Shown piece by piece: positions 55,506 to 64,000 of a stretch of 64,000 bases of DNA (within the stretch, counting starts at the first letter, position 1; each line of letters starts with the position of its first letter). A program made the position numbers and the translations under genes. Under the pieces are notes generated by a model, which did not search any database, was not told where the DNA came from, and saw only the letters and a program-made list of their open reading frames with translations. This stretch comes from Actinomycetota bacterium (GTDB taxonomy: Bacteria; Actinomycetota; AC-67), in assembly GCA_046713235.1 (NCBI GenBank), contig JBKKBZ010000116.1, positions 2,742-66,741 on the forward strand, read 5' to 3'.

Positions 55506-56213
55506 ATGGCCGGCGTGAGCGACGAGCGACCGCACCCGCGGCAGATCGTTCGGTACGCGTTTTACCGGGCGGACCCGGCGTGGCGCGGCCTGCCCGCGGA
55601 CGACCGGGCAACCGCGCACAAGGAATTGGTGGAGCTCCTGCTCGACGGGCGCGACCGCTTTCCGATGCTCCGGACGTACTCCACTGTTGGGATGCGAGCC
55701 GATGCCGACATGCTGATCTGGATGGCGGCTGCCACCCTCGAGGAGGTGCAAGACTTCGAGACGGCGATGCGGGGCACGCAGATGGGACGGTATCTGTTGC
55801 CGACGCATTCGTATCTGGCGATGACCAAGCGTTCGCCGTACGAGGACCGGCTGGATCCGTCGCGCAGGCAGAGGCTTCAGGTCAAGCCGGGCCGCGCGAA
55901 GTATCTCTTCGTGTATCCGTTCGTGAAAACGCGGGCGTGGTACGCGCTGCCCTTCGCCGAGCGCCAGAAGATGATGGACGCCCACATCGAGGTCGGTCAC
56001 AAGTACCCGACGGTGAAGCTCAACACGACGTACTCGTTCGGCCTCGACGATCAAGAGTTCGTCGTGGCATTCGAGACCGACCACCCCGACCATTTTCTCG
56101 ATCTCGTGATGGAGCTACGCGAGGTGCGATCGTCGGAGTTCACTCTGCGGGACACCCCGATCTTCACCTGTATAGCGGGAGAGCCGGCAGCCGTGCTCGA
56201 CGCGATCGGCTAA
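55506..56213 (+). CDS. hemQ: Coproheme decarboxylase HemQ/ChdC (chlorite dismutase family)
   Basis: Start at MAGVSDERP. Family motifs YLFVYPFVKTRAWY and TYSFGLDDQEFVVAFETD. Confidence 0.8.
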   Translation: MAGVSDERPHPRQIVRYAFYRADPAWRGLPADDRATAHKELVELLLDGRDRFPMLRTYSTVGMRADADMLIWMAAATLEEVQDFETAMRGTQMGRYLLPTHSYLAMTKRSPYEDRLDPSRRQRLQVKPGRAKYLFVYPFVKTRAWYALPFAERQKMMDAHIEVGHKYPTVKLNTTYSFGLDDQEFVVAFETDHPDHFLDLVMELREVRSSEFTLRDTPIFTCIAGEPAAVLDAIG

Positions 56214-56566
56214 TGCGTGGGGGTGGTCGCGGCGCGCAGTTCGGCGGTTGGGGCTGCGCGCAGGGTGAATCGGCAGTCGTACTCGCTCTCGAGGGAGAAG
56301 GAGTCGTTGGCCACCCCTTCGTCCACGTCCACGATCAACTCGGCGTCGCCGGCGTAGAGGTCGGCCAGCCACTTCGGCGACAAGATCGCCACGCCGTCGA
56401 TCTCTCCGACGGAGACGGCGTCGGGCTCGGGGAGGTAATGGTCGTAGAGGTACGGCGCGGTGGAGTCGCAGCAGCCGGTGCCGAGGATCATGACGAGCTC
56501 GGTGCGCCCCTCGTCGCGCACCCGTCGCACGGTAGCCGCGGCGGTCCCGGTGGTCGTGATCTTCAT
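56210..56566 (-). CDS. DUF779-family protein
   Basis: MKITTTGTAAATVRRVRDE...GTGCCDS is the DUF779 hallmark GCCD motif. Confidence 0.6.
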   Translation of the reverse strand: MKITTTGTAAATVRRVRDEGRTELVMILGTGCCDSTAPYLYDHYLPEPDAVSVGEIDGVAILSPKWLADLYAGDAELIVDVDEGVANDSFSLESEYDCRFTLRAAPTAELRAATTPTH

Positions 56567-56595
56567 CTTGCCCAGTGTAGCCCGGCGGGAACACA

Positions 56596-57168
56596 TTGAC
56601 GCAGAGAGGCCGCGGGATTCTGCTGCTTGCCGCGCTTCTGGGGGCGCTGGGGTCGGGGGCGACGACAGTGTTCCTCATAGGCTCACGCAATCGCGCGATC
56701 GATCGCCTGGACGTGCTCGCCTACGAAGCGAGGGTCACCGCCGAGGTGCGTGAGATGAACGTCGTCGCCGGATCGATGCTTAACCTGGCCGATCAGATGC
56801 AGCAGCGGCGTGCGGACCCAGCACTGTTTCTGTCCAAGATGCGAGAGTTCCAGGGAACCTTGGGCCTCGTCGCGGCTCGGCTGCGCGAGATACCGCTGCC
56901 TCCTGCCGTGGGGCGGGGCTCCCCGGCGTTCCCCCCGGCTGCTGCGGAATACGCGGAAGCCGCGGATCGATTCGCCGTTGGTGCTTCGTGCTACGTCGAT
57001 GTTCCTCGAAAGGGCGGTGCGAAAATTTCATGCGCGGCCTTCAACGCCGCACGCGACCGCGCCGCGACGGCGCTGTCGCGGTATCGCGCCGCGGTGGAGG
57101 CGTTGCAAGCCGCCAGGGTGAGGCTGGATCTGGGACCGAGCCCAAATTTCGGAGATCCGCCCCGCTGA
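56596..57168 (+). CDS. Secreted hypothetical protein
   Basis: Signal peptide/TM segment LLLAALLGALGSGATTVFLIG. No known domain. Confidence 0.4.
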   Translation: MTQRGRGILLLAALLGALGSGATTVFLIGSRNRAIDRLDVLAYEARVTAEVREMNVVAGSMLNLADQMQQRRADPALFLSKMREFQGTLGLVAARLREIPLPPAVGRGSPAFPPAAAEYAEAADRFAVGASCYVDVPRKGGAKISCAAFNAARDRAATALSRYRAAVEALQAARVRLDLGPSPNFGDPPR

Positions 57169-57199
57169 CATCTCCTCGAAAGTGTGACCGTCGTGGACG

Positions 57200-57361
57200 A
57201 TGGAGCGCGCCGAAGGCGTTCCTGCGGGTCTCAACCACAATTTCTTCAGTGGCCACCGGCTGTGGCTCATCGCGGGGATCCTCGGCATCCTCTCCGTGAT
57301 CATCATCGTGATGATGGTGTGGAAGCCGGGCTCGGGCTGTGGACCGCTCTACCGCTGTTAG
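57200..57361 (+). CDS. Possible 53-aa single-TM peptide with Cys-rich tail (not in ORF track)
   Basis: ATG at 57200 gives MERAEGVPAGLNHNFFSGHRLWLIAGILGILSVIIIVMMVWKPGSGCGPLYRC followed by a stop. No clear SD. Confidence 0.2.
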   Translation: MERAEGVPAGLNHNFFSGHRLWLIAGILGILSVIIIVMMVWKPGSGCGPLYRC

Positions 57362-57392
57362 GGTCCGCGACCGCCGTTCCCTGAGAAAATAG

Positions 57393-58367
57393 TCAGTCCG
57401 GACCAGCGATGTTCCTGGCGCGCCCGGAGGATCTCATCGCGCGGGCGATGGCTCGCAACGCAGCGTCGGGTCCTTCGACGATGTCCGACCACGTCACGTG
57501 GATGACCAGCCAGCCCAGGGAGGTGAGCTCGTTCCGGCGCGCCAGGTCGCGGGTCCACCGAAGCCGTCCGCCGTGCCATCGAAATCCTTCGGCCTCGATC
57601 GCGATGCGCCGCTCCGGGTAGGCGAAGTCGACGACGGCGACGAGGCGGCCTCCATCCCTAATCCGATGCTGACGAATCGGATCGGGTAAGCCGACGCTTT
57701 GAAGCGCGCGCAGAACCCTGGTTTCTAACACGCTCTGGGGGACGGGGAGGCCGTCGGCGCGGGTTTCGACGAGCGAGCGAAGCAACGCCGCGCCGGCGCG
57801 CCCATTGCGCGGGGCCTGGCCCAGTTGCCACCTCATCCGCTTCAGGGATACCAGCCCCCTTCGTAGCGCATCGTCGAGAGCCTCTTCCACCGTGCGGGCA
57901 TCGGCAGCAGCCGCGACGTCGAGCAGCGTTCGTGTCGGGGTCGTCACCGGTATCGCGTCCCGAGTCGTGACGTCACCGGGCGGCAGAGAGAGTGGCCGGT
58001 GGACGGTGCCGGGACGTTTTCGGTCGCGGCCGCGCGGCACGATCAGCTCGATCGGCCCCGCCGGGAAACCAGGGAACGCCCACAGGGCGGCGGCGGCACG
58101 GTGGGACGCGACGGCTCCCGGTCCCCAGGCAAGACACGCCGCGATTAGCGCCTGGCGCCACGTCTCCGAGGATCCGGCCAGCCGGTACACGCTCTTGTGC
58201 ACCCGCTCCCAGCTACCGGTGGCAATGCGACGATGCATCATGCCGTCGCTCGCCCCCAGCTGCCGGGCCTGCATCCGGGAGAAAACCCCGTGTTGACCGG
58301 CCGCCAGCTTTGCTATCCGCCGGTCGGCGGATTCTCGTACGATCCTACGCTCGCCCGCGAACGCCAC
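57393..58367 (-). CDS. DUF559 (very-short-patch-repair-like endonuclease fold) protein with AbiEi-like N-terminus
   Basis: C-terminal pattern RIAIEAEGFRWHG...RDLARRNELTSLGWLVIHVTW, typical of the actinobacterial DUF559 family. Confidence 0.65.
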   Translation of the reverse strand: MAFAGERRIVRESADRRIAKLAAGQHGVFSRMQARQLGASDGMMHRRIATGSWERVHKSVYRLAGSSETWRQALIAACLAWGPGAVASHRAAAALWAFPGFPAGPIELIVPRGRDRKRPGTVHRPLSLPPGDVTTRDAIPVTTPTRTLLDVAAAADARTVEEALDDALRRGLVSLKRMRWQLGQAPRNGRAGAALLRSLVETRADGLPVPQSVLETRVLRALQSVGLPDPIRQHRIRDGGRLVAVVDFAYPERRIAIEAEGFRWHGGRLRWTRDLARRNELTSLGWLVIHVTWSDIVEGPDAALRAIARAMRSSGRARNIAGPD

Positions 58368-58520
58368 TTCGTACGAGTACCACGGCAGTCGTCCGGGAGC
58401 AGCCGCTTCGGGGACCGGATCGAGACGATCGCGATCACTTTCTCGAAGTGGGCCCGGCCCGATCGTCCGAACGGAGTGAAACCGACCGAGCCCCGCCGCT
58501 CCGAGCCCGAGCCGCGCCGA

Positions 58521-60035
58521 TCACAGCCCGAGGATCTGGAACCAGAACTTCTGCTCCTTGCTCGGAAGCTGGTCTACCTGGATGTACTTCGTCTGCTGGT
58601 ACTCGCGGATGCCCCAGAGGCCGAGTTCGCGGCCGACGCCAGACTGCTTGTAGCCGCCGAACGGTCCGAAGCCGGACACCAGGTGGTAATCGTTGATCCA
58701 CACCGTGCCGGTCCTCATGCGCTTCGCCACGCCGATCGCTCGCGGGATGTCGCGTGACCACACGCCGCCGCCGAGCCCGTAGATCGAGTCGTTCGCCATG
58801 CGGATCGCGTCCTCGACGCCCTCGTAGCGGATGACCGACAGCACCGGCCCGAAGATCTCCTCCTGCGCAATTTTCATTCCGTTGTCTACTTCGCCGAAGA
58901 TCGTCGGCTTGTAGTAGTAGCCGCCCTCGTGCCCGGCAACAGTGACGGCTTCGCCGCCGGTGACCAGCTTGGCGCCTTCCTCGAGCCCGGTCCGTACGTA
59001 GCGATCGATGGTCTCGAACTGCGTGCGGTGAACGATCGGCCCCAAGTCGCTGGAGAAGTCCATTGCCGGCCCGACGGTCAGGCCCTCGGAAAGCTCCACC
59101 ATGCGGGCCACGACCTCGTCGTACAGCGACGCCGGTACGAAGCAGCGCGTCCCCGAGTGGCAGATCTGCCCCGAGTGCAGGAACGTCGCCCAGAGAGATC
59201 CCGGAATAGCGATGTCTAGGTCGGCATCCTCCAGGATGATGTTTGCGCTCTTGCCGCCGAGCTCGAGCGTGACTTTTTTCACCGTCGGAGCGGCGAGCTG
59301 CATGACGCGCCGGCCGACCTCCGTCGAACCCGTGAACGCGACCTTGTCGACGAGCGGATTAGAGGCTAGCTCCTCACCGGCCGCACCGCCGGCGCCGGGC
59401 ACAACATTCAGAACTCCCGGTGGAATGAGGTCGGACTCCGTCACGATCTTTCCGAACTCCGCGGTGGACATGGGCGTGTACGTCGCGGGCTTTACGATCA
59501 TGGAGTTACCGGCCGCGAGACCCGGCGCGACCTTCCACATCATCAAGATGAAGGGGAAGTTCCACGGAGTGATCGCCGAGCAAACGCCGTACGGCTCGCG
59601 CCGCACCATGCCCCACGCCGGCGCCGGATAGTCGATGGCCTCCACGGGCTCGTACTCGCCGAGCTTGCCGGCCATCTGCGCGGTGGCGCGCCAGTTCTCG
59701 ATGCCGAGCGGAATCGAGAACATGTTCGCCATCCGAATGGTGTGCCCGCCGTCGTGCGCCTCGATGTCGGAGAGCACGGCCTGCCTTTCCTGGAGGATGT
59801 GCCACAGCTTCACCATCCGGTCGGTGCGCTCGGCGATCGGCATCTCCGACCACACTCCCGAGTCGAAGGACGCCCGCGCGGCTTCACAGGCGCGCTTGAC
59901 GTCCTCGCGCCCGCCGCGGGCAATGCGCCCGACGACATCGCCGTCCGACGGGTCGGTGCTCTCGAACGTCGCCCCGTCTGCGGCATCGACGAACTGCCCG
60001 TCGATGAGGAGCTGATACTCGCGGATGTCCGCCAT
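58521..60035 (-). CDS. NAD(P)-dependent aldehyde dehydrogenase
   Basis: Catalytic Glu in ELGGKSANII and catalytic Cys in GQICHSGTR. 504 aa. Confidence 0.9.
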   Translation of the reverse strand: MADIREYQLLIDGQFVDAADGATFESTDPSDGDVVGRIARGGREDVKRACEAARASFDSGVWSEMPIAERTDRMVKLWHILQERQAVLSDIEAHDGGHTIRMANMFSIPLGIENWRATAQMAGKLGEYEPVEAIDYPAPAWGMVRREPYGVCSAITPWNFPFILMMWKVAPGLAAGNSMIVKPATYTPMSTAEFGKIVTESDLIPPGVLNVVPGAGGAAGEELASNPLVDKVAFTGSTEVGRRVMQLAAPTVKKVTLELGGKSANIILEDADLDIAIPGSLWATFLHSGQICHSGTRCFVPASLYDEVVARMVELSEGLTVGPAMDFSSDLGPIVHRTQFETIDRYVRTGLEEGAKLVTGGEAVTVAGHEGGYYYKPTIFGEVDNGMKIAQEEIFGPVLSVIRYEGVEDAIRMANDSIYGLGGGVWSRDIPRAIGVAKRMRTGTVWINDYHLVSGFGPFGGYKQSGVGRELGLWGIREYQQTKYIQVDQLPSKEQKFWFQILGL

Positions 60036-60107
60036 GGGTGGCCTCCCGGTGCCCGGTGAAGAAGTGCTCGAATTATCGCAGCGAGGGTCTTCCGGGGACC
60101 AGCCCGG

Positions 60108-60995
60108 TCAGCCGCGCTTTGGCTTCATTCCCAGGGCCAGCAGCGCGTCGCGGAGATCCACGAGGTGTTCGGGGAACCGCTCGGCGAATGTGCGGCGGAC
60201 GCGCTGGCGGAACCCTTCCCATAGCTTCGGGCCGAGCATGGACCTCACGAACCGGCCGACGGCTTCGGTTTCCAGACCGACGATGAGGTCCTCCCGCGAC
60301 ATGCGGAAGCGGTACTCGCGCTTTTCAACCCGGACCGGCCGCAGGCCGGCGTCGCGCAGCACCGCCTCGAGCTTGGCCGGAACCGACAGCGCCTCCGCCC
60401 AGGGAGTCTCCTCTTTTATCGCGCCGCGCAGGACCTCGATGCCGACGGCTTCCTCGACGAGCTCCCGCCACGCGCGCATGAATTGGTCCTCCCCGGCAGC
60501 CCACGTCGAGACGGCGAGCCTGCCGCCGGGCCGCAGTGCGCGAAGGAGGTCGAAGAGCGCCGTGTCGAGCTTCGTGAAGTAGGGCAGGGTGAAGCATGCC
60601 ATGGCCACGTCGAACGCCCCGTCCTGCAGCGGAAGATCGAGCACCTCGGCCGCGACCACGACGAGTTCCGGCCGTGCGCGGCGAGATACCTCCAGCATTC
60701 GGACGGCCGGTTCCACGCCGATCGTCAGGCCCTCCGGCCCGGTGATGGCGGCGGCCTCCTTGGTGCCGGCCCCCGTGCCGGCTCCAATGTCGAGCACACG
60801 TTCACCGGAGCGCACCTCCGCGACGGCGAGCAGGTCGGCGGCGACCATCCTCGTGTGGGGCGCATGGGTGCGGTCGTAGTCTTCCGCGACCGCGTCGTAG
60901 GATCGCCAATCGAACCCGGTCTCGCGCTCGCGTCCCGGCGCTTCCGAAGAAGCTCGGCGGTCGCCCGGTTCTTTCCGGCCGAAGAAGCGTCTCAT
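60108..60995 (-). CDS. Class I SAM-dependent methyltransferase
   Basis: Start at MRRFFGRK (60995). Motif I VLDIGAGTGAGT. The ORF-track N-terminal 135 aa looks non-coding. Confidence 0.7.
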   Translation of the reverse strand: MRRFFGRKEPGDRRASSEAPGRERETGFDWRSYDAVAEDYDRTHAPHTRMVAADLLAVAEVRSGERVLDIGAGTGAGTKEAAAITGPEGLTIGVEPAVRMLEVSRRARPELVVVAAEVLDLPLQDGAFDVAMACFTLPYFTKLDTALFDLLRALRPGGRLAVSTWAAGEDQFMRAWRELVEEAVGIEVLRGAIKEETPWAEALSVPAKLEAVLRDAGLRPVRVEKREYRFRMSREDLIVGLETEAVGRFVRSMLGPKLWEGFRQRVRRTFAERFPEHLVDLRDALLALGMKPKRG

Positions 60996-61046
60996 GCCGC
61001 CTGAGCCTACCGCGACAGGGTTTCGGGCCGCCGATATGCTCGCCGT

Positions 61047-61733
61047 GTGCGTGCGCGAATGGCTCCGGTTCTGCTCCTTGCCGTCACCTCGCTCGTGCCG
61101 GCGCAGTCGCGTGCCGTCGTCACCTGGACCGTCACGATTCGCGATTGCTCGTTCAGGCCCGATTTCCGCGCGATCGAGGTCGGCGACTCCGTGATGTGGT
61201 CCTACGACGAAGGGGACTGCAATCCGGCCAATCACCGAGTAAGAACCTTCGGTTCGCCACCGGAGTCGTTCGATTCGGGGGAATGCGACGGACCATTCAG
61301 CCCGGAGCCGTCGTGTTTGAACGATCAGCCCTTCAGGCAGGAGCGCTATCAGAAGGCCTTTCCCTCTGCCGGCACGTACAACTACTACTGTCCCATCCAC
61401 TCCGAAGTCGTCGGCTCGCGGTGCACAGGCAGCATGTGTGGTCAGATTCGTGTGGTCGCCGAACCGAGCATCTCTCCCCCGCCCCCGCCGCCACCAACCT
61501 CGCCTCCGCCGAGCCCTCGGCGCACCAGTCCGAGCCCGACGCCGTCGGGAACGGCAACCGGCACCGTCACGGCAACACCGACGGCTACGGCAACGGCCAC
61601 GATCCTCGGCCGCGGAGACGATGAACCCGGAGGCGGCGGCGGGTCCAGATGGCTCATCGCGCTCCTTGCGGTCGCCGTGCTCGGGGCAGCCGCATTCTTT
61701 GTCTGGCGCACCTACATCGCGGCCCCGGACTGA
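61047..61733 (+). CDS. Membrane-anchored cupredoxin (plastocyanin/pseudoazurin-like blue copper protein)
   Basis: Signal peptide. Copper site pattern YNYYCPIHSEVV...MCGQIRV. Then a poly-Pro/Thr linker and a C-terminal TM anchor. Confidence 0.65.
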   Translation: MRARMAPVLLLAVTSLVPAQSRAVVTWTVTIRDCSFRPDFRAIEVGDSVMWSYDEGDCNPANHRVRTFGSPPESFDSGECDGPFSPEPSCLNDQPFRQERYQKAFPSAGTYNYYCPIHSEVVGSRCTGSMCGQIRVVAEPSISPPPPPPPTSPPPSPRRTSPSPTPSGTATGTVTATPTATATATILGRGDDEPGGGGGSRWLIALLAVAVLGAAAFFVWRTYIAAPD

Positions 61734-61753
61734 GGCGGGAATCGCCGGCCGCG

Positions 61754-62137
61754 GTGAGGTTCCGTATCATCCGCGATGTGCGCAAGGTTTCGATCCTTCC
61801 GGTGGTGGGTCTCCTGGCCGCCCTTTTCATGGCCCTGCCCGGCGGGAACTCCGGAGAGAAGGTGACGCTGCGCGAGTCCGTCTTCGCTCCGGCAAGGAAG
61901 CACGTCCAGGTTGGGGAGACCGTCTGGTTCGACAACCGGAGCCGGAACACTCACACGGCCACGTGTCGGAACTGCCCCCGCGACACCGGCGACATTCAGC
62001 CCGGCCTGGCCAAGCCGCTCACGTTCCACAAAGAGGGAGTGTTCGTCCTGCTCTGCCGGTATCACGGTGAAGCCGGGATGGTTGTGGAGATCACCGTCGG
62101 CGAGCCAACCACGTCGCCCGCTCCGATCCCGTCGTAG
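61754..62137 (+). CDS. Second cupredoxin-like protein
   Basis: GTG start. Signal/TM segment ILPVVGLLAALFMALPGG. Type-1 Cu-like pattern HTATC...LCRYHGEAGMVVEITV. Confidence 0.5.
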   Translation: MRFRIIRDVRKVSILPVVGLLAALFMALPGGNSGEKVTLRESVFAPARKHVQVGETVWFDNRSRNTHTATCRNCPRDTGDIQPGLAKPLTFHKEGVFVLLCRYHGEAGMVVEITVGEPTTSPAPIPS

Positions 62138-62318
62138 ACGGCAGGAGAGTGTCACACCACGCAGCTACGGTTGATCCTCGTAACCGGGTCACGGATGGAG
62201 GTCCGAGGGGTGCGATGGTATGCTTAGCCGTGCGGCGGCCCGGACCACACCGTCGGCAGAGATCTCACCCCTGTTCCTTCCCAAGGGGAAGGGACCGTAT
62301 AGACCAGAGGAGGTGAGG

Positions 62319-62618
62319 ATGGCGGACCGGCGCCAATACGAAGTGATGCTCATCCTCGACCCGAGGGTCGAGGATGCCTCCATCCAGCAGGCGATCGAAC
62401 GGTATCTCGACGTCGTGCGCCAACGCGGTGGCGAGGTGACCAAGCTGGACCATTGGGGGCGGCGAAAGCTCTCCTTCGAGATGCAGCATCTCAAGGAGGG
62501 CTACTACGCCGTCGCCGCGGTGCTGGCGGAACCTGCTGCAATGAACGAGCTGGACCGCGTCTTGCGGCTCCAGGACGAGCTGTTTCGTCACAAGATCGTT
62601 CGACCCGGTAAGGATTAA
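62319..62618 (+). CDS. rpsF: 30S ribosomal protein S6
   Basis: Strong SD GAGGAGGTGAGG. MADRRQYEVMLILDP... Confidence 0.9.
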   Translation: MADRRQYEVMLILDPRVEDASIQQAIERYLDVVRQRGGEVTKLDHWGRRKLSFEMQHLKEGYYAVAAVLAEPAAMNELDRVLRLQDELFRHKIVRPGKD

Positions 62619-62651
62619 TCGGAAGTCCTTCCCCGGGAGGAGGAAAGCAAG

Positions 62652-63104
62652 ATGGCGATCGGCAACTCAGTCGTGTTGGTCGGGAACCTGACCGACGACC
62701 CGGAGCTGCGTTTCACGCCCCAAGGCGTGGCCGTGGCGAACTTCCGGATGGCCGTCAATCAGCGCTTCAAAGACCAGCAGGGCAACTGGCAAGACGGCGA
62801 GACGTCGTATTTCCGTGTGAACTGCTGGAGGCAGCTCGCGGAGAACATCGCCGAGACACTGACGCGGGGCTCCCGCGCGATCGTGAGCGGGAGACTGAAA
62901 TTCCGTCAGTGGGAAACGCAGGACGGCGAGACGCGCTCGGTCGTAGAGATCGAGGCGGAAGAAGTCGGACCGTCGCTGCGCTTCGCAACGGCGAAGGTGG
63001 AGAAGGTGGCGCGGGGCGGCGGCACTGGTGGCACGCCGGCCGGCGGCGACGATTGGGACGCTTCCTCGGCGGCGACACCGCCCGCCGACGACGTTCCGTT
63101 CTAG
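62652..63104 (+). CDS. ssb: Single-stranded DNA-binding protein
   Basis: OB fold (NSVVLVGNLTDDPELRFTPQG), Gly-rich tail, and acidic C-terminal DDVPF. Confidence 0.9.
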   Translation: MAIGNSVVLVGNLTDDPELRFTPQGVAVANFRMAVNQRFKDQQGNWQDGETSYFRVNCWRQLAENIAETLTRGSRAIVSGRLKFRQWETQDGETRSVVEIEAEEVGPSLRFATAKVEKVARGGGTGGTPAGGDDWDASSAATPPADDVPF

Positions 63105-63182
63105 AGACGCAGTGGGAGGCGGGTGACGGCTTCGGGGAAGGAGTCCGTCACCCCGTCTCCCGTTTGAGGAGGACGTTGAGAC

Positions 63183-63500
63183 ATGGGACGAGAAGGCAGA
63201 ACGCCGAAGGGGAAGGGCCGCGACCGGGATCGCGATCGCGGCCGTGATGGCGGCCGTGATGGCGGCCGTGAAGGCAAGGGCGGGTTCCGGCGTCATAGGC
63301 CCAAGGTGTGCCAGTTCTGCGCCGAGAAGGCGACGTGGGTGGACTACAAGGACGTGCAGTTGCTCCGCCGCTTCGTGTCGGACCGCGGCAAGATTCGTGC
63401 GCGCCGTGTGACCGGGACTTGCGCACAGCATCAACGCGACGTCGCCACGGCCGTCAAGAACGCTCGCGAGATGGCCCTGATCCCCTACGCAGCGCGATGA
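63183..63500 (+). CDS. rpsR: 30S ribosomal protein S18 with RD/G-rich N-terminal extension
   Basis: C-terminal [43 protein letters not shown]. The N-terminus [23 protein letters not shown] is low-complexity. Confidence 0.9.
   Translation: MGREGRTPKGKGRDRDRDRGRDGGRDGGREGKGGFRRHRPKVCQFCAEKATWVDYKDVQLLRRFVSDRGKIRARRVTGTCAQHQRDVATAVKNAREMALIPYAAR
63222..63275 (+). repeat. Short tandem repeats (gatcgc and ggccgtgatggc units) encoding the RD/GRDG tract of S18
   Basis: ggccgtgatggc repeated 3 times (third unit with one substitution) after a cgggatcgcgatcgc tract. Confidence 0.6.
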
Positions 63501-63943
63501 AGGTCATCCTGACCCAAGAGGTGCGGGCACTCGGCGTCCCCGGCGACGTCGTCGACGTAGCCGACGGTTACGGCCGCAACTATCTGATCCCACGAGGCTA
63601 TGCGCGCCGTGCGACGCCGGGATCCCTCAAACAGGTCGACGTGATCCGCCGCACCCGCGAGCTGCGTGAGATTCGCGACCGCGACAAGGCGCAAGAGCTC
63701 GCCGACCAGCTCGCGAAGTTGCGCGTGCGTATCGGCGCGAAGGCCGGCGATCAAGGCCGCCTCTTCGGACAGGTGACGCCCAACGCCGTCGCCGAGGCTA
63801 TCACCAAGGCGGGTGGCCCGAAGGTCGACAAACGCCGCCTGAATTTCGAGGGTCCGATCAAGCACCTCGGCGCCCACCCGGTGTCGATCAGGCTGCATCC
63901 CGAGGTGGAGGCCACCTTCCAGATCGAGATCACGAAGGTGTAA
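63497..63943 (+). CDS. rplI: 50S ribosomal protein L9
   Basis: [40 protein letters not shown] overlap with rpsR. Confidence 0.9.
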   Translation: MKVILTQEVRALGVPGDVVDVADGYGRNYLIPRGYARRATPGSLKQVDVIRRTRELREIRDRDKAQELADQLAKLRVRIGAKAGDQGRLFGQVTPNAVAEAITKAGGPKVDKRRLNFEGPIKHLGAHPVSIRLHPEVEATFQIEITKV

Positions 63944-64000
63944 CTGCTTCTGGGCGGCGGTTTGTGGCTGCCGCGTGACGGTTTGGTCCGGGCCATGTTC

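Noticed and set aside
55449-56093. N-terminal about 215 codons of the ORF-track model 54213..56093
   Set aside because: This stretch is antisense to the well-supported hemQ/chdC gene. The GT87 homology begins only at the internal Met at 55448.

Overview
This window is a high-GC (~70%) actinobacterial-type chromosome segment that spans the replication origin. The core is gyrA-gyrB-dciA-recF-dnaN-[oriC]-dnaA on the minus strand, followed by rpmH-rnpA-yidD-yidC-jag-rsmG-parA-parB on the plus strand. Gene order on both flanks resembles Mycobacterium tuberculosis. On the parB side, on the minus strand, lie cwlM, trxC, trxB, sigM/anti-sigma, alr, femX-like, murJ and pcnA/cca. On the gyrA side lie the DUF3566 gene and tRNA-Ile, and further along lie ino1, padR, ponA1 and rpsF-ssb-rpsR-rplI. 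Departures from that conserved layout are: an rtcB-archease RNA-repair pair inserted between gyrA and the DUF3566 gene; a lower-GC HicAB toxin-antitoxin island with a tRNA-derived remnant between cwlM and trxC; an MR/MLE enolase between trxB and trxC; a MurJ flippase whose Mycobacterium-type pseudokinase/ectodomain module is a separate gene; a GlnR-like response regulator translationally coupled to glnA; a NiSOD sodN/sodX pair; an orphan pilT; a tandem palindromic repeat array upstream of padR-ino1; and two adjacent cupredoxin genes. No CRISPR array or obvious transposase was seen. Many long ORFs in the six-frame track are GC-rich shadow frames and were not called. Near 18.5, 41.4, 26.6 and 11.3 kb my manual position counts disagreed with the ORF track by 1-3 nt, so regulatory-site coordinates there may be off by a few nt.
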